A DNA stretch of 64,000 nucleotides from Octopus sinensis (taxonomy: Eukaryota), in the NCBI RefSeq assembly GCF_006345805.1, contig NC_043016.1, positions 16,182,001-16,246,000 of the forward strand, given 5' to 3'. The notes beneath the pieces were generated by a model, which saw only the letters and a program-made list of their open reading frames with translations, was not told the origin of the DNA and ran no database searches. This document shows, piece by piece, positions 63,274 to 64,000 of the stretch. A program made the translations under genes and the position numbers. The stretch's first letter is position 1. Every line of letters begins with the position of its first letter.

Positions 63274-63489
63274 TTAAAATGCCAGAGGAATAAGAAATTA
63301 TGTCATGGACTTGAGATTAGCATACAGCTCTTTCTGTTAAAAAATGCAAGGCACTTATAGCTGGATGCTTGGGTCACACCCTATAGCTTCATCAGAGCTT
63401 CAAATATATATGTGTAGCAGATGTGCAGGAACAATATGCATTCAGGACACATGAGAATTAGACTCTCACAAATACCCAGGAGGCTCTCT

Positions 63490-63672
63490 TGAGGTTGTAG
63501 ATAGTTTCTGCTATTCAGGTGACCAAATTAGTAATGGTGGTGGATGCTCTGAAAGTATTGTTTCTAGAATAAGAATAGGATGGAGGAAGTTCAAAGAACT
63601 ACTACCTCTGTTGGCAGCAAAAGGACTCTCTCTCTCTCTCTTCGAGTGAAAGGTAGATTGTGTGATGCTTGC
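63490..63672 (+). mobile_element. RTE-clade LINE fragment
   Basis: VDSFCYSGDQISNGGGCSESIVSRIRIGWRKFKELLPLL..KGLSL.RVKGRL. Confidence 0.8.
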
Positions 63673-64000
63673 AGTGTTGTCAACTTAAAATCAAAATTTT
63701 ATGCTAAATTTCAGTAGAGAAAATACCAAAAAAATGCTAAAGACTAATTATATCAAAAAGCTTAATTTTTACCAACATTTTTATTTACTTTCTTTAATTC
63801 TATTCAGCATTGAGAAATAATTTCTAGAATTTCACTGATTTGATCCCTTCCAGCTGCAGTTCCTAGGTCTTGACTTCTGTATATATTCAAGGTCCCAATC
63901 TTGTTAATTATGTGTTTTGGAATATCAAAGTTTTTGCAACATTTGCCATATCTTTTCAGGCCATATTTTATAGACAGTATTGATCTAAGCATAGGAAGAT

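Overview
Repeat-dense eukaryotic DNA with one 100-N gap. It is almost certainly an Octopus (cephalopod) genome; this is inferred from tRNA-derived SINE families I recognise from memory and the very high microsatellite load. I could not identify any host gene, only a few isolated splice-signal-bounded exon candidates and one promoter-like island. The window is a mosaic of decayed mobile elements: at least five Penelope-like (PLE) RT/GIY-YIG elements or their 3' ends, L1/Tx1-type, RTE, R4/Dong-like and Jockey/I-like LINE fragments, a Gypsy integrase remnant, a near-intact Tc1 (DD34E) transposase, a mariner, a DD37D-like element, Helitron-type non-autonomous elements, fold-back MITEs and many SINEs. 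The main hidden signal is a set of nine minimal type-I hammerhead ribozyme (HHR) motifs (CUGANGA, stem II, GAAA, short and often palindromic stem III, GUH), mostly at PLE 3' ends. Five keep intact cores, and the one at 58282-58334 (minus) is fully canonical. Other highlights: an RTE insertion with twin-priming-type 5' inversion geometry and an 11-bp TSD; a PLE split by an ORF1-only L1 fragment; an in-frame 12-bp repeat expansion in the Cys-rich linker of a Neptune-like PLE; an exact head-to-tail Helitron junction; and a (TTAGGG)4-bearing fold-back element. All alignments and folds were done by eye.
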